NCBI GenBank assembly: GCA_963743305.1
Contig: CAVUPH010000005.1
Span: 1-50,469, forward strand
Length of the DNA: 50,469 bases
Reading direction: 5' to 3'
Origin: an uncultured delta proteobacterium
Lineage (GTDB): Bacteria; Desulfobacterota; RBG-13-43-22
The translations under genes and the position numbers were made by a program. This document shows, one piece after another, positions 27,602 through 37,992 of the stretch. The notes below the pieces were generated by a model, which was not told the origin of the DNA, searched no databases, and worked only from the letters and a program-made list of their open reading frames with translations. The first letter of the stretch is position 1; each line of letters begins with the position of its first letter.

Positions 27602-30190
27602 CTACGGCATCAATCTACCGCTGGTTTCTAGAATAAACCGCGCTTTCGGGAGCGTAAAGGAAAAAATGGCCCCCGGACCTTCAGCCCGGCGCGCGGCCTG
27701 AATACGGCCCCCGTGCAGTTCCACCAGACGTCTGGTCAGCGAAAGTCCCAGGCCGGTTCCCTGATATTTCCGCCTGCTGGAATTATCCCCCTGTTCAAAG
27801 GGTTGAAAAATTCGTTCCAGGTCGGCTTCCGGCAGACCGATTCCGGTGTCACTGACGATGATCTCAACCCCCTTCCCATCCAGACCTCGGGCCCCCAATT
27901 CTACCTTACCCCCATCGGGTGTAAATTTAACCGCGTTGGAAAGCAGGTTATAGAGAATTTGTTTCAGCTTCCTTTCGTCCGCCTGAATCGTAGAAGGGAT
28001 TCCCTGAAAACGAGAAGTGAGCGATATCCGGTGTTTCAGGGCATTTTCCTTGACCATGGTGAGGCTATCCCGCAATAGCGCTTCGAAGGGGATTTCCGAG
28101 GCCTCCAGGATCATCTTCCCGGCCTCCACCTTGGAGAGGTCCAGTATATCGTTAATCAGGGCTAACAAATGACGGCTGCTTTGAAGGATATCGCCCAGAT
28201 ATTCATCCTGGATGGCGTTTAGCGCCCCGAAGTGCCGGTCGGAAAGTAACTCGGAAAAGCCAATGATATGATTTAAAGGGGTCCGAAGTTCGTGACTCAT
28301 ATTGGCCAAAAACGCACTTTTGGCTCGATTGGAGGTTTCGGCGGTCTCCTTGGCTTTTTGCAACTGGATTTCAGTCTGTTTCCGTTCTTGGATCTCTTGG
28401 ATCAAATCACGGTTGATTTGGTCCAACTCCGCCGTTCTTTCCTCCACCCTCTTTTCCAATTGGTCATGGGCCCTTTGAAGCGCTTCCTGGGCGTGTTTTC
28501 GTGCGGTAATATCGCTGGCGGCCAACTGAAACCCGGAAGGAATCCCTTCCCCTTCCGCCAGCCGGGCGTCCATTTCGATCCATTTCCGGCTTCCATCCTT
28601 CAGAACCACCTCCATCTCCATGGGAATGGAAGGGGCGCCGGATAGTCTCTCAGCCATGCGGTTAATCACAATTTGTCGGTCTCCCTCGGAAAAGAATCCT
28701 AGAGACAATCCATTCTTACCGATCACCTCTTTTCGCGGGGTTCCGGTAACCTCCTCGAACCTCCGATTGACGTATTGGATCAATCCCTGGCTGTCGATGT
28801 TCACCAATCCGATCGGGGCTTCTTCCATCAAGGTCCGATATCTCTCTTCCGACTCCTGAAGGGACTTTTCAGCCTGCCGGCGTTCATTCATTTCCTGCTG
28901 CATGGCTTTATTTGTTTCACTCAGCATCCGCCCCTGCTCCTCAACGGTATTAAAAGCATTCGAAAAGCGTAAGGAAAGAAAAAAGGACTGGGAAAAAATA
29001 AAAAGAAAAAGCCCCAGGTAAACAAACTGCCCGGTGGCGACGAGGGAATGATCGTAAAGAATGTCATTGGTCAACGCGGCAATCAGCAGCAGCAATCCCG
29101 AAAAAAGAATGCCGGCCCCGGGCCGTTTTCGATGCCTGGCCAAACCCAGGACCATCAGGACATAGGCCCCGGCGATCAGGGTCAGGAAATGGTAGATGGG
29201 AATGGTATACGAATAAAAAGCGGCTTTGGTAAAAAGGACTACCAGGGCCAGGGCCAGGATGGCTCCCTGGAGTAACCGAAGCAACCGTTTGTTCACTTCC
29301 TGCCGGAAGAGGGAATGAATGAAGGCTAAGAAAACGGGGACGCTCAAAAAGGAACTTAAGTTAGTGAGTTTAACTCTGAACTCCCAATCGGTGTAAGGGA
29401 ACAGATCCAGGAAGTATCTTTCCCCGGCCAGGAGAGTATAGAGAGCAATCAGAAGACAGAAAAGACCAAAATGCAAAGAAGCCCGGTCCTTTCTTCGCAA
29501 CAGAAATAGCCCCAGGTGGTACAATCCCATGATGAAGATGCTGCCGCAGAGAAAGAGCTGAAAGGCCAGGCTCCGCTCCCGCATCTGCCGGATATCCCTT
29601 TCGCTCCCGAGCCAGATGTGCTCGGTGGCGCCTCCTTTGCGATGGTAAAAATTGGAAACCTGGAGAATTAAATCCAGGTGATCGCTTCCCGGTTGAAAGG
29701 CGACCACTTGAGGCCTCCATTCGGGAACCATGCTGGCGCGGCTTATTCCGACCCGGCCGGCTGAAGCCATCATTTTTCCGTTTACATAAAGGGTATAGGC
29801 GGTGCCCAGAGATAAGAACTTAAAGGCCAGGGGGATTCGATTCGGCCTCATCAGCACCCGGAGACGATAGGTGGCATACCCCATCCCGGATATTTTTCTG
29901 CCATCCACCTCCCGACCGTTCCAGGTCCCGGGGACGGTCTGGTATTCCCTCTTCTCGGGCGGATTTCCATTTACAAAATCCTCCGGACCATAAAGCCTAT
30001 CCCAATAGAATTCCCATAGGCCGTTCAGCGTGACCGGACCCTGGACAACCGGGTCCCAATTCCGCAGATCGAGGACTCCTTTTTCCGGTGAAAGGGCACT
30101 AAATCCCGAGCTGTTTCCCGATCCGCTGATCTGGGCCAGAGAAACAAAACAAATGCCGATCAATAAAATGGGGATTATCCGTTTTCTCAT
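27602..30190 (-). CDS. Sensor histidine kinase: periplasmic sugar-binding-like domain + 7TM-DISM + PAS + HisKA + HATPase
   Basis: LNGLWEFYW and GYATYRL (DISM extracellular/jelly-roll motifs), about 7 TM with [25 protein letters not shown]. Confidence 0.88.
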   Translation of the reverse strand: MRKRIIPILLIGICFVSLAQISGSGNSSGFSALSPEKGVLDLRNWDPVVQGPVTLNGLWEFYWDRLYGPEDFVNGNPPEKREYQTVPGTWNGREVDGRKISGMGYATYRLRVLMRPNRIPLAFKFLSLGTAYTLYVNGKMMASAGRVGISRASMVPEWRPQVVAFQPGSDHLDLILQVSNFYHRKGGATEHIWLGSERDIRQMRERSLAFQLFLCGSIFIMGLYHLGLFLLRRKDRASLHFGLFCLLIALYTLLAGERYFLDLFPYTDWEFRVKLTNLSSFLSVPVFLAFIHSLFRQEVNKRLLRLLQGAILALALVVLFTKAAFYSYTIPIYHFLTLIAGAYVLMVLGLARHRKRPGAGILFSGLLLLIAALTNDILYDHSLVATGQFVYLGLFLFIFSQSFFLSLRFSNAFNTVEEQGRMLSETNKAMQQEMNERRQAEKSLQESEERYRTLMEEAPIGLVNIDSQGLIQYVNRRFEEVTGTPRKEVIGKNGLSLGFFSEGDRQIVINRMAERLSGAPSIPMEMEVVLKDGSRKWIEMDARLAEGEGIPSGFQLAASDITARKHAQEALQRAHDQLEKRVEERTAELDQINRDLIQEIQERKQTEIQLQKAKETAETSNRAKSAFLANMSHELRTPLNHIIGFSELLSDRHFGALNAIQDEYLGDILQSSRHLLALINDILDLSKVEAGKMILEASEIPFEALLRDSLTMVKENALKHRISLTSRFQGIPSTIQADERKLKQILYNLLSNAVKFTPDGGKVELGARGLDGKGVEIIVSDTGIGLPEADLERIFQPFEQGDNSSRRKYQGTGLGLSLTRRLVELHGGRIQAARRAEGPGAIFSFTLPKARFILETSGRLMP

Positions 30191-30232
30191 TTGAGGATTC
30201 AGGTGGTTCCTCCGAGAGAAACCTGTCCGGGC

Positions 30233-32191
30233 TCAGGCGGAATCTGTCCCATAAACGTCCCTCTCCGAGGGCAGCACAAAGTGAAAGGCACTGCCTTGAC
30301 CTTGGCCTTCACTCTCGGCCCAGATCCGTCCGCCGTGAAGTTCAACTATTTTCTTGGTCAGGGACAGTCCCAGACCGGTTCCATGGGATTTGCGACCAGT
30401 CGAATGCTCCACCTGTTCGAAGGGCTGAAAGATCCGTTCCAGATCCCCCGGCGCCAACCCGATCCCTGAATCAATGACGCTGAAACGAAGTCCTTTTTCC
30501 TCGGCTGAACCCTCGTTTTCCGGAGAGACCCGAATCCGAATCGTTCCCCCCGCGGGAGTGAATTTAACGGCATTGGATAACAGGTTATACAGGATCTGTT
30601 TCAGCTTGCGTTCATCGGCTGGAAAAGATTCCGGCCGGTCGGGGATTTCGGTCATCAGCGTAAGCCGTTGTTTCAGGGCTTTTTCCTTCACCATGGTCAG
30701 ACTATTATCGATCAACGGCCGCAGGAAGACCGTGGAGGGGATCAAATCCATCTTCCCGGCCTCCACCTTCGACAGGTCCAGGATCTCATTGATCAGGGCC
30801 AATAGATGGCGACTGCTCTGGAGCACGTCATTTAGGAATTCATCCTGCTTAGGGCTTAATTCGCCGAAATTCTTATCCACCACCAGTTCCGTGAACCCGA
30901 TGATATGATTTAGCGGAGTTCGCAACTCATGACTCATATTGGCCAGGAATTCACTCTTGGCCCGGTTGGCGGCTTCGGCGATCATCTTGGCCTGCGCTAA
31001 TTGCTCGACCTTTTTCCGTTCGGAAATATCACGGGAAACGCCCAGAATCCCCACCGGTCGCCCGGATTCGTCTCGTATGAAGGAAGCCCTCATCTCGGCC
31101 CAGGCAAAGGTTCCATCTTTGCATCTCTGTTGGACTTCTATAATCCGGGATCGCGTGGCCTCCGCGTTCCCGGCGGCTTCTTCCTCCAACTCCTCGGCCA
31201 GAGCTTGATAGACCCCTGGCAAGGATGTCGGGGACAGGGTTTCTTCCACACTCATCTCCAGGGCTTCGGCCACGGTATACCCGCGCATTTCTTGCACCGA
31301 TGGACTGACATAGGTGAATTTCATGGAGGCCAGGTCCATAGTCCAAATGGTGTCGGTCACATTTTCGGCTAAGAGCCGATACCTGGCTTCTGAATCTTTA
31401 AGGTTGGATAATGAGGCTTCCAACTGCTGCCGGGATGCTTGCATTTGCTGAGTGAGTTGCCCCAAATCAAAGGCTAGTTTTCTGCTCTCCTCATACTTTT
31501 CTTGGATGATCCGATTGGCCTCCTGCAGGTCCTCTATGGCCCGTGTATACACCTGATAGCGACGAAACAACCGCTTCCCCAACGATGGCCGCCTCCCGGG
31601 GTCCCAGCGTACGCGGTAAAAACACCCTTTTGTTTCAGACTCTGATCGGTCTAACATCAGTTCGCGGCTTGGTTCTTCAGCAGCGACTTGACATGCGATT
31701 TCGTCCACCTGGGCCAGCGGCATATTGAATAGGGTCGGAATCCCAGCCAGGATCCCCCGGGTATATTCGCAATCTAAGGGAGTTTTTTGGTTAGGCTTAA
31801 AGTAGCGGTCTTCCAAAAGTACCCAGGAATCCCCCTTTTCGTGAATCCGGACTTCGCCAATGGCATATAAAAGTCGACTGTACCTTGGGGCCTGGGTGTA
31901 AATGAGTCGTGGACTGCCCACCAACCGGGCCAGTCGGTCCAGGATTCCAAAGGATTGAAACCGCTCGGAGGAAAGGGCCATCTTATAGACCGCATTTTCG
32001 TCCCCCAGGATGGCAATCATTTTCCGGTAGAGCGTTTGGAGAAAGGCGTGGGGGATCCAGTTGTTGGGGTCCGTCAAATACGGTTCATCATAGACAGCTC
32101 CATCCAAAAGCGGCCCCAACGAACCGTTGTTTCTTTCCCTAACATACAAGATCAAGGTCCGGGTAATTCGGCAACTGATTTCTCTATCCAA
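30233..32191 (-). CDS. Cytoplasmic sensor histidine kinase: H-NOX/V4R-like N-domain + PAS + HisKA + HATPase
   Basis: No TM segment; N-domain EISCR...DPNNWI...CEYTRG...C...CFYRVRW; PAS; [13 protein letters not shown] at 32191 is my preferred start (track start 32323 overlaps the upstream gene). Confidence 0.8.
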   Translation of the reverse strand: MDREISCRITRTLILYVRERNNGSLGPLLDGAVYDEPYLTDPNNWIPHAFLQTLYRKMIAILGDENAVYKMALSSERFQSFGILDRLARLVGSPRLIYTQAPRYSRLLYAIGEVRIHEKGDSWVLLEDRYFKPNQKTPLDCEYTRGILAGIPTLFNMPLAQVDEIACQVAAEEPSRELMLDRSESETKGCFYRVRWDPGRRPSLGKRLFRRYQVYTRAIEDLQEANRIIQEKYEESRKLAFDLGQLTQQMQASRQQLEASLSNLKDSEARYRLLAENVTDTIWTMDLASMKFTYVSPSVQEMRGYTVAEALEMSVEETLSPTSLPGVYQALAEELEEEAAGNAEATRSRIIEVQQRCKDGTFAWAEMRASFIRDESGRPVGILGVSRDISERKKVEQLAQAKMIAEAANRAKSEFLANMSHELRTPLNHIIGFTELVVDKNFGELSPKQDEFLNDVLQSSRHLLALINEILDLSKVEAGKMDLIPSTVFLRPLIDNSLTMVKEKALKQRLTLMTEIPDRPESFPADERKLKQILYNLLSNAVKFTPAGGTIRIRVSPENEGSAEEKGLRFSVIDSGIGLAPGDLERIFQPFEQVEHSTGRKSHGTGLGLSLTKKIVELHGGRIWAESEGQGQGSAFHFVLPSERDVYGTDSA

Positions 32192-32294
32192 TCGGCCAAC
32201 CCCGATTTCCAGCGCAGAGTTATTGGGTTGCCCCCTTGACAGCTCTAAATTAGCCAAAAAAATACCTTTCCCCGTCTTTTTAAAATGAACTTGA

Positions 32295-32693
32295 TCAGAC
32301 CTCGAGGGTCGGCGGCTTTCCACCTAGATATCCGGCGATGGTCTCCAAAAAGGACCGAACCTCAATCGGTTTGGCTATAAAACCGGAAAACCCTAACCCA
32401 TCGGGAGACTCTCCAATATCTACCGATCCAAATCCGGTCAAGGCGACCACCGGGATGGACCGCAGTTTTTCATCCTCCTTAAGGACGGCGGTGGCCTCGA
32501 TACCGTCCATGCCCGGGAGCTGCAAATCCATGAGGATGAGGTCGGGAAGGTGTTCCCGGGCCAATTGCAGGCCCGCTTCCGCGTCACGGGCGGTCAGGAT
32601 CTGATAATTTCCCAAACGGAGGACGGCCACCACCAATTTCATATTGAGTTCATTGTCTTCCACGATCAAGATGGTTTTTGCTTCGATGCCCAT
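32295..32693 (-). CDS. Single-domain response regulator, DivK-like
   Basis: ILIVEDNELNMKL, PDLILMDLQLPGMDG, IPVVALT and KPI motifs. Confidence 0.9.
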   Translation of the reverse strand: MGIEAKTILIVEDNELNMKLVVAVLRLGNYQILTARDAEAGLQLAREHLPDLILMDLQLPGMDGIEATAVLKEDEKLRSIPVVALTGFGSVDIGESPDGLGFSGFIAKPIEVRSFLETIAGYLGGKPPTLEV

Positions 32694-34364
32694 TTATGAT
32701 TCCTCGCCTTTTTTGCTCGGTTCCGCACCGGGCTTCCTTTTCCGGACCGGTATCGAACAAGGTAACACAAAATGGAAGGCGCTGCCTTTCCCCTCCCCCT
32801 CACTGACGGCCCAGATTCTCCCGGCCTGGAGTTCAACCATTTTCCTGGTCAGGGCCAATCCCAGACCGGTCCCTTGGAATTTGCGGCTGGCCGAATTGTC
32901 CACCTGTTCGAAAGGCTTGAAGATACGTTCCAAGTCCCCCGGCGCCAACCCGATGCCCGAATCGATGACACTGAAACGAAGTCCTTGCTTTCCGTCTGGA
33001 ACCCCGTTCTCCGGGGAGATCCGAACGTCAATGGTTCCCCCTGGAGGAGTGAATTTGACGGCATTGGACAACAGGTTATAAAGGACTTGTTTCAGCTTGC
33101 GTTCATCGGCCTGAATGGATTCCACCTGATCGGTGATTTCGGCATGCAGTTTAAGACGTTGTTTGAGCGCTTTTTCCTTAATCATAATCAGGCTGTTATT
33201 CACCAACGGCCTCAGGAAGACCAGGGACAGGTTCAGTTCCATTTTCCCGGCCTCCACCTTCGAAAGGTCCAGGATCTCATTGATCAGGGCCAGGAGATGA
33301 CGTCCGCTCTGGAGCACATCGTTCAGGAATTCTTCCTGTTTAGGGTTTAATTGGCCGAAATTTCCGTCGACCACCAGTTCCGTAAAACCGAGAATGTGAT
33401 TCAGCGGGGTTCGCAGCTCATGGCTCATATTGGCCAGGAATTCACTTTTGGCCCGACTGGCGGCTTCGGCGCTCTCCTTGGCCCGGATCAGGTCGTCGTT
33501 GGTCCTGGCCAGATCGGCCGTTCGATCGCTTACCCGTTGCTCCAATTCATCATGGGCTTGCTGCAACGCCTCCTCGGCCCGTTCCCTTTCTTTCAATTGG
33601 TGCTGTAACTCCCGGTTCCGAATTTCCAATTGGATCTGAGCCTGCCGGAGCGCCGTCTCCCGCTCTTGGATCCGGCCGACCATTTCATTGAACCGCTCGG
33701 TTAAAAAACTGATTTCATCGTTCCCCTTTACTTCGACCCGAAGGGAATAATCCTGTTTTTCGGAAATCTGGCGGGTCACTTCGGATAGAACCAGAATAGG
33801 TCCGGAGATGACCTTTTGCAGTTTAGTGGCTAACAGGTAGGAGATCAGGGCGGCCAAACTTACGAACACGACGGCGATAAGGGTAAACCGGGAGGACCGA
33901 TCCTGAAAGGCCTTAAGGTCGGAATGCAGGAAAAGAGTGCCCATTCGCTCCCCTTCCAAGCGAATCGGCCGGAAGGAAATTAAACGGTCTGCCTGAAAAA
34001 AAAGTCCGTCCTTCCCCAGCTTTTCCGTTATTCGCCCTTGGGCCAACCCGTCACGTTGGTAGGTGGAGAATAAGGTCCCCGTCCGATCGTAAAGGGCGGC
34101 GGCAACGATATGTTTTTCCGCCTTCAAAGCCTCCAGCGTACGGGAAGCGCTGCCGGCATCGGAAAAAGTGAGGGCGGCCACGCTGTTGTCGCTGATAATC
34201 GCCCCCAGGGTTTCCAGATCGGTAACCATTTTACGCTTGAAATAAGAATGGTCGAAAATGCCAATCGGCACCAGGGCAAAAATCAGGGCCAGAAAGCTGA
34301 TCCCCATGATCAGGGCAACGATCTTATTCCGAATGGTACTTCGATTTCTAAAAAAGGGCCGCAT
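32694..34364 (-). CDS. Membrane sensor kinase with YfiN-type periplasmic (CHASE8-like) domain + HAMP + HisKA + HATPase
   Basis: TM1, [10 protein letters not shown]...LEALKA...AALYD..G..FSTY periplasmic motif, TM2, HAMP (DYSLRV..DEI..L..FNEM), [10 protein letters not shown]. Confidence 0.85.
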   Translation of the reverse strand: MRPFFRNRSTIRNKIVALIMGISFLALIFALVPIGIFDHSYFKRKMVTDLETLGAIISDNSVAALTFSDAGSASRTLEALKAEKHIVAAALYDRTGTLFSTYQRDGLAQGRITEKLGKDGLFFQADRLISFRPIRLEGERMGTLFLHSDLKAFQDRSSRFTLIAVVFVSLAALISYLLATKLQKVISGPILVLSEVTRQISEKQDYSLRVEVKGNDEISFLTERFNEMVGRIQERETALRQAQIQLEIRNRELQHQLKERERAEEALQQAHDELEQRVSDRTADLARTNDDLIRAKESAEAASRAKSEFLANMSHELRTPLNHILGFTELVVDGNFGQLNPKQEEFLNDVLQSGRHLLALINEILDLSKVEAGKMELNLSLVFLRPLVNNSLIMIKEKALKQRLKLHAEITDQVESIQADERKLKQVLYNLLSNAVKFTPPGGTIDVRISPENGVPDGKQGLRFSVIDSGIGLAPGDLERIFKPFEQVDNSASRKFQGTGLGLALTRKMVELQAGRIWAVSEGEGKGSAFHFVLPCSIPVRKRKPGAEPSKKGEES

Positions 34365-34385
34365 CCTTGATTCCTGTCAGGGGGA

Positions 34386-34934
34386 TCACTGAATAATTTT
34401 GGCTAATTTCAGGAGCTGGGAGCTGACTTTTAGTTTGCTGCGCTGGACCGTATCCAAGTTGATCTCGAAGTTAATAGTATTATCCACCGCCACCAAGCCG
34501 ATCATCCCCCCCTGGGGAGCAAAGCGATCGATGTCACTGACCGTCAATATGGGATGATTCTTCACCGCCGCCAAGATCGGGCGCAGGGCGCCTTTCTCCG
34601 ATCCGCTGATAAAAAGGATTTGGCAGTCTTCGAAATTTTCCAGACGAGAAAGCCGCCGGATAACCAATTTCCGTCCCTTGACTGTTTTATCCTTAAGGGT
34701 TTCCAAGAGGGATCCAAAAGGGTCAACGCCCACGATCCCCAGCACCAGGGGAGTGGTCTCGTTTCTAAACGATTCCGATGGCCAATCCACGAATTTGGCA
34801 AAGTTATACAAAAAAGCCGCTTTCACCGCGTATTCTCGGGATTCCTCCGCTTCGCCCCTGGCCCCTCCAAGACCGAACAGGCATCCCCAAAACACAAGCC
34901 AGATGGTGAACCTGTTAAGGTTAATATATCGCAT
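34386..34934 (-). CDS. yfiR: YfiR-family (DUF4154) periplasmic protein
   Basis: EYAVKAAFLYNFAKFVDWP, GVDPFG, ILTVSD, GGMIGL, FEINL and SSQLLKLA. Confidence 0.9.
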   Translation of the reverse strand: MRYINLNRFTIWLVFWGCLFGLGGARGEAEESREYAVKAAFLYNFAKFVDWPSESFRNETTPLVLGIVGVDPFGSLLETLKDKTVKGRKLVIRRLSRLENFEDCQILFISGSEKGALRPILAAVKNHPILTVSDIDRFAPQGGMIGLVAVDNTINFEINLDTVQRSKLKVSSQLLKLAKIIQ

Positions 34935-35011
34935 TAGAACCTCAAGTCCGCGGCGAGCTGCCATGAAGCCCAAAAAAACGAATAACTTCGGTGTTCGATT
35001 TCACTATCACC

Positions 35012-37130
35012 CTAAAACTGCCAGGTCAGTTTGCCGTAAACACCGCGCTGCATCTCATAGACCTGCGTGCTGAATTGTTCCGGGCGAAACTCCTGATGCC
35101 GGTCTTCCAACAAATTCTGTCCCACCAGGGCCAGTTCCAGATTTTTTATCGGCCGCCAGGCCAGTTTCAAATCCAGGGTGAAATAACTGGGCACACCGCC
35201 GTTATCAAACCCGTCCACATAGCGCAGCCAGGCATCCGCTTCGATGTTTTTTCCCAGATTCATACCGGAACGCACCGAGAATTGATGGCGGGGCAGGCTT
35301 TGATTTTGAGCTTCGGTTAACGTGACGGCTTTGATCGATTTTCATTTCGGCGAAGGTATACGATCCCTTTATCCGCCACCAATCCAGGGGCTGCCATTCC
35401 AGGGCCAGTTCCACCCCGTAGATATCCGCATTGAGGTTATTATTGAGATCAAGGGTGCTCAGCAAGTAGGGGTTCCCCTCGCTGAAGGCCAGTGTCGGCG
35501 GGGTATCAGGGACATTGGTGGAAGAGCGGAGCTTGCTATAGCGGTTGTAATATCCTGCCAGATCGAAGGTCAGGCGGTCGATCGGCCGCAACCGGTAACC
35601 CAGTTCATAGGCGATCAATTCCTCCGATTGGAAATTCGAGTTCCCCTTGATCTGAACCTGGATCGGCAAGGGACCGGGGTTCCCGCCCTGGCCGGGCGGG
35701 ATGACCGCCACATTGGTCGTCACGGTCTGTTCCGCGCGTGAAGGGGTCCGGACGGAACGGGATACAGCCCCCCAGACCGATTGCTCTTTCGATGGCGTCC
35801 AGATCAGACGGGTGCTGGGCTGCACTTCAAACCCGGTATAATCGTTATGTTCGAATTTGGAACCGATCACCCAACGCAGCCGGTCCTTAATAAGCGTAAT
35901 ATCATCCTGGATAAAGGCGCTGAACAACTGATCGGTGCGGCTGGAAGGATTTATAGTTCTTAGAATCAGTATCCTTGATATTATCCCGAGTGACCCGGTA
36001 CCCCAATCCCCAGACGATTTCCTGACCGCCGATCCATTTGAAGCGGTGCTGCAAATCGAAATCAAGGGTGTCTCGATCTTCCGCAGCAAAGGCATCCTGC
36101 GCTCCGTCCGGTCGTAGTAGGTCTGCAGGTTGATCTCGGAATTGTTTGAAATAACATGCTTCCACCGGCCGAGGATATTGCCGCCGGCCATATCCGGTTT
36201 TTCCTGGAAACTCTTGGTAAAAGGCGGGGACAGGGAAGAGATATCATAGGTCGAGCCCGACTTGCCCCGGTAGTAATCGCCTTGCAGGGTAAAGTTGTTT
36301 TGAGCGGAGGGTTCATGGTCCAACCGGAAGCCGGTCCGGAATTGGTCCCAGTCGTCGGCGGCCGTCGCACCCGAGCTGGTAACTGAGGCGTCCCGGTTAA
36401 AATATTTGACATAAGCCCGGGCATCCGAGTGCTCACCCAGCTTCAGACCGTAGCGGAAAGATCCAAAACCCTTTTCTTCCGTTCCGGCCCCCACCGTAGC
36501 CAGACCCCCCCGGGTCTCCCCGGCCTTCTTGGTGATGATATTGATTACCCCGTTGACGGCGTTGGCCCCCCAGAGGGTGGCCCCCGGCCCCCGGATGACC
36601 TCGATCCGGTCGATGTCTTCCAGGAGCGTATCCTGGACGTCCCACCAGACGCCTGAAAATACAGGGGAATAAACAGACCGGCCGTCCATCAGGACCAGCA
36701 GTTTGGTGGCAAAACGGCTGTTGAACCCCCGGGCGCTGATGGCCCATTTGTTGGCGTCGATGCGGGCCACCTCCACCCCGGGGGCCATCCGCAGTGCTTC
36801 GGGGATGCTGGTCACCCCGGAACGGCGGATGTCTTCCTGGGTGATGACAAAGATGGCCGACGGGGCGTCGGAGAGTTGCTCACCCTTCTTGGAAACCGAG
36901 GTGACCTCGATGCGCATGAGGTCTTCCAGACTGAGCTGAGTCAGATCTTTGACGGGTGACGAAGCCCAGCCATTGACCGTCAGGGAAAGAAGGACCACCA
37001 AAAACGCCAGGGCTGTTCGGGCCGGCGGTCGCCCGATCAATAGCCTGGTCCGTCCATAAGCCCTTATATAAAGAGCATAAAAACTTGTTTCCCGCCGAGT
37101 CCCCTCACTTTTTTCCCTTTTCCGATCCAT
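35012..37130 (-). CDS. TonB-dependent receptor-like outer-membrane protein (frameshifts ~36085, ~35960, ~35320)
   Basis: Plug motifs (LSLEDLM..EVTSVSKK, ISARGF, LVLMDGR, IDRIEVIRGPGATLWGANAVNGVINII); beta-barrel; C-terminal ...KLTWQF. Confidence 0.9.
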
Positions 37131-37180
37131 AGTCACTCCTTTTCCAAGGGGCATAACATTCAATAGTTCTTTTAAATAGT

Positions 37181-37196
37181 TGCAATTCATGTGCCT
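37181..37196 (-). promoter_or_regulatory. Sigma-54 (-24/-12) promoter candidate
   Basis: Minus strand AGGCACATGAATTGCA = GG-N10-GC, ~50 nt upstream of the receptor ATG (AAAGGAG SD). Confidence 0.6.
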
Positions 37197-37344
37197 GCTC
37201 ATGATTAGCTCTCTGGGGTCTGGAGATTTCCCCGAAATTATCTGCCGGAATGAGAAATCGGTCAGTTGTCTTTCCCCTTCATCGCTCAATCGGTCTTTTG
37301 AAAAATACCAAGGCCGCTCCGTCGATAATCCTGGCCTCCCCCGT

Positions 37345-37905
37345 TCAGGGCAGTGTCGTTACGATTTTGGCCAGTTTTAAAAGTTGAAAACTAACCTCTA
37401 TTCTTGTCGGTTTGATGGCCTCCAGATTGAATTCCAGCTTGATCTTCTCGTCTACGGTCACCAGTCCGATCATTCCTCCGGCTTCGGCAAAATGAGCTAA
37501 GTCGCTCACGGTTAACACCGGCCGCCCCCTCAACCCCGCTAAAATGGACTTCAGATGTGACTTTTCCGAGGGACTGATATAGACCATCTGTCCCTCTTCC
37601 GGTTGGTCCAAACGTTTGGCATATTTGATGATTAGGGGCCGCCCCTTGACCAGTTTATTCCGAATGGCCTCGGTGGCCGATCCAAAAGGATCGGTTCCAT
37701 AAATTAGTAATATAAATGGGGCGGTATCGTTTTTGAATGTCCCGGCAGGGTAGTCCATGAATTTGGCCAAGTTATAGAGGAAACCGGCCTTGATCAGGTA
37801 TTCCCGATTTTCCTGGGCCTGTACCGAAAAGGACGATAACCCGATCGTAATAAACATCACCACCATCAGGACCATTCTTCTGATTTTTGTCAGATAGTTT
37901 TCCAC
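37345..37905 (-). CDS. yfiR: YfiR-family (DUF4154) periplasmic protein, second paralog
   Basis: EYLIKAGFLYNLAKF, GTDPFG, VLTVSD, GGMIGL and QLLKLA. Confidence 0.88.
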   Translation of the reverse strand: MENYLTKIRRMVLMVVMFITIGLSSFSVQAQENREYLIKAGFLYNLAKFMDYPAGTFKNDTAPFILLIYGTDPFGSATEAIRNKLVKGRPLIIKYAKRLDQPEEGQMVYISPSEKSHLKSILAGLRGRPVLTVSDLAHFAEAGGMIGLVTVDEKIKLEFNLEAIKPTRIEVSFQLLKLAKIVTTLP

Positions 37906-37992
37906 TGTCTATTTACGGTATTTCCAGGCCCGAGGCGAGAACCAAAGAAGCCTGAATGATTCTATTATCAAACACGGACCAGCCTTTCGCCA

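Noticed and set aside
15594-34364. A Caulobacter-type cell-cycle circuit (CckA-, DivK-, PleD- and PleC-like parts)
   Set aside because: No CtrA, ChpT or DivL is visible, and HDFNN hybrid kinases are common; the similarity supports family membership only.
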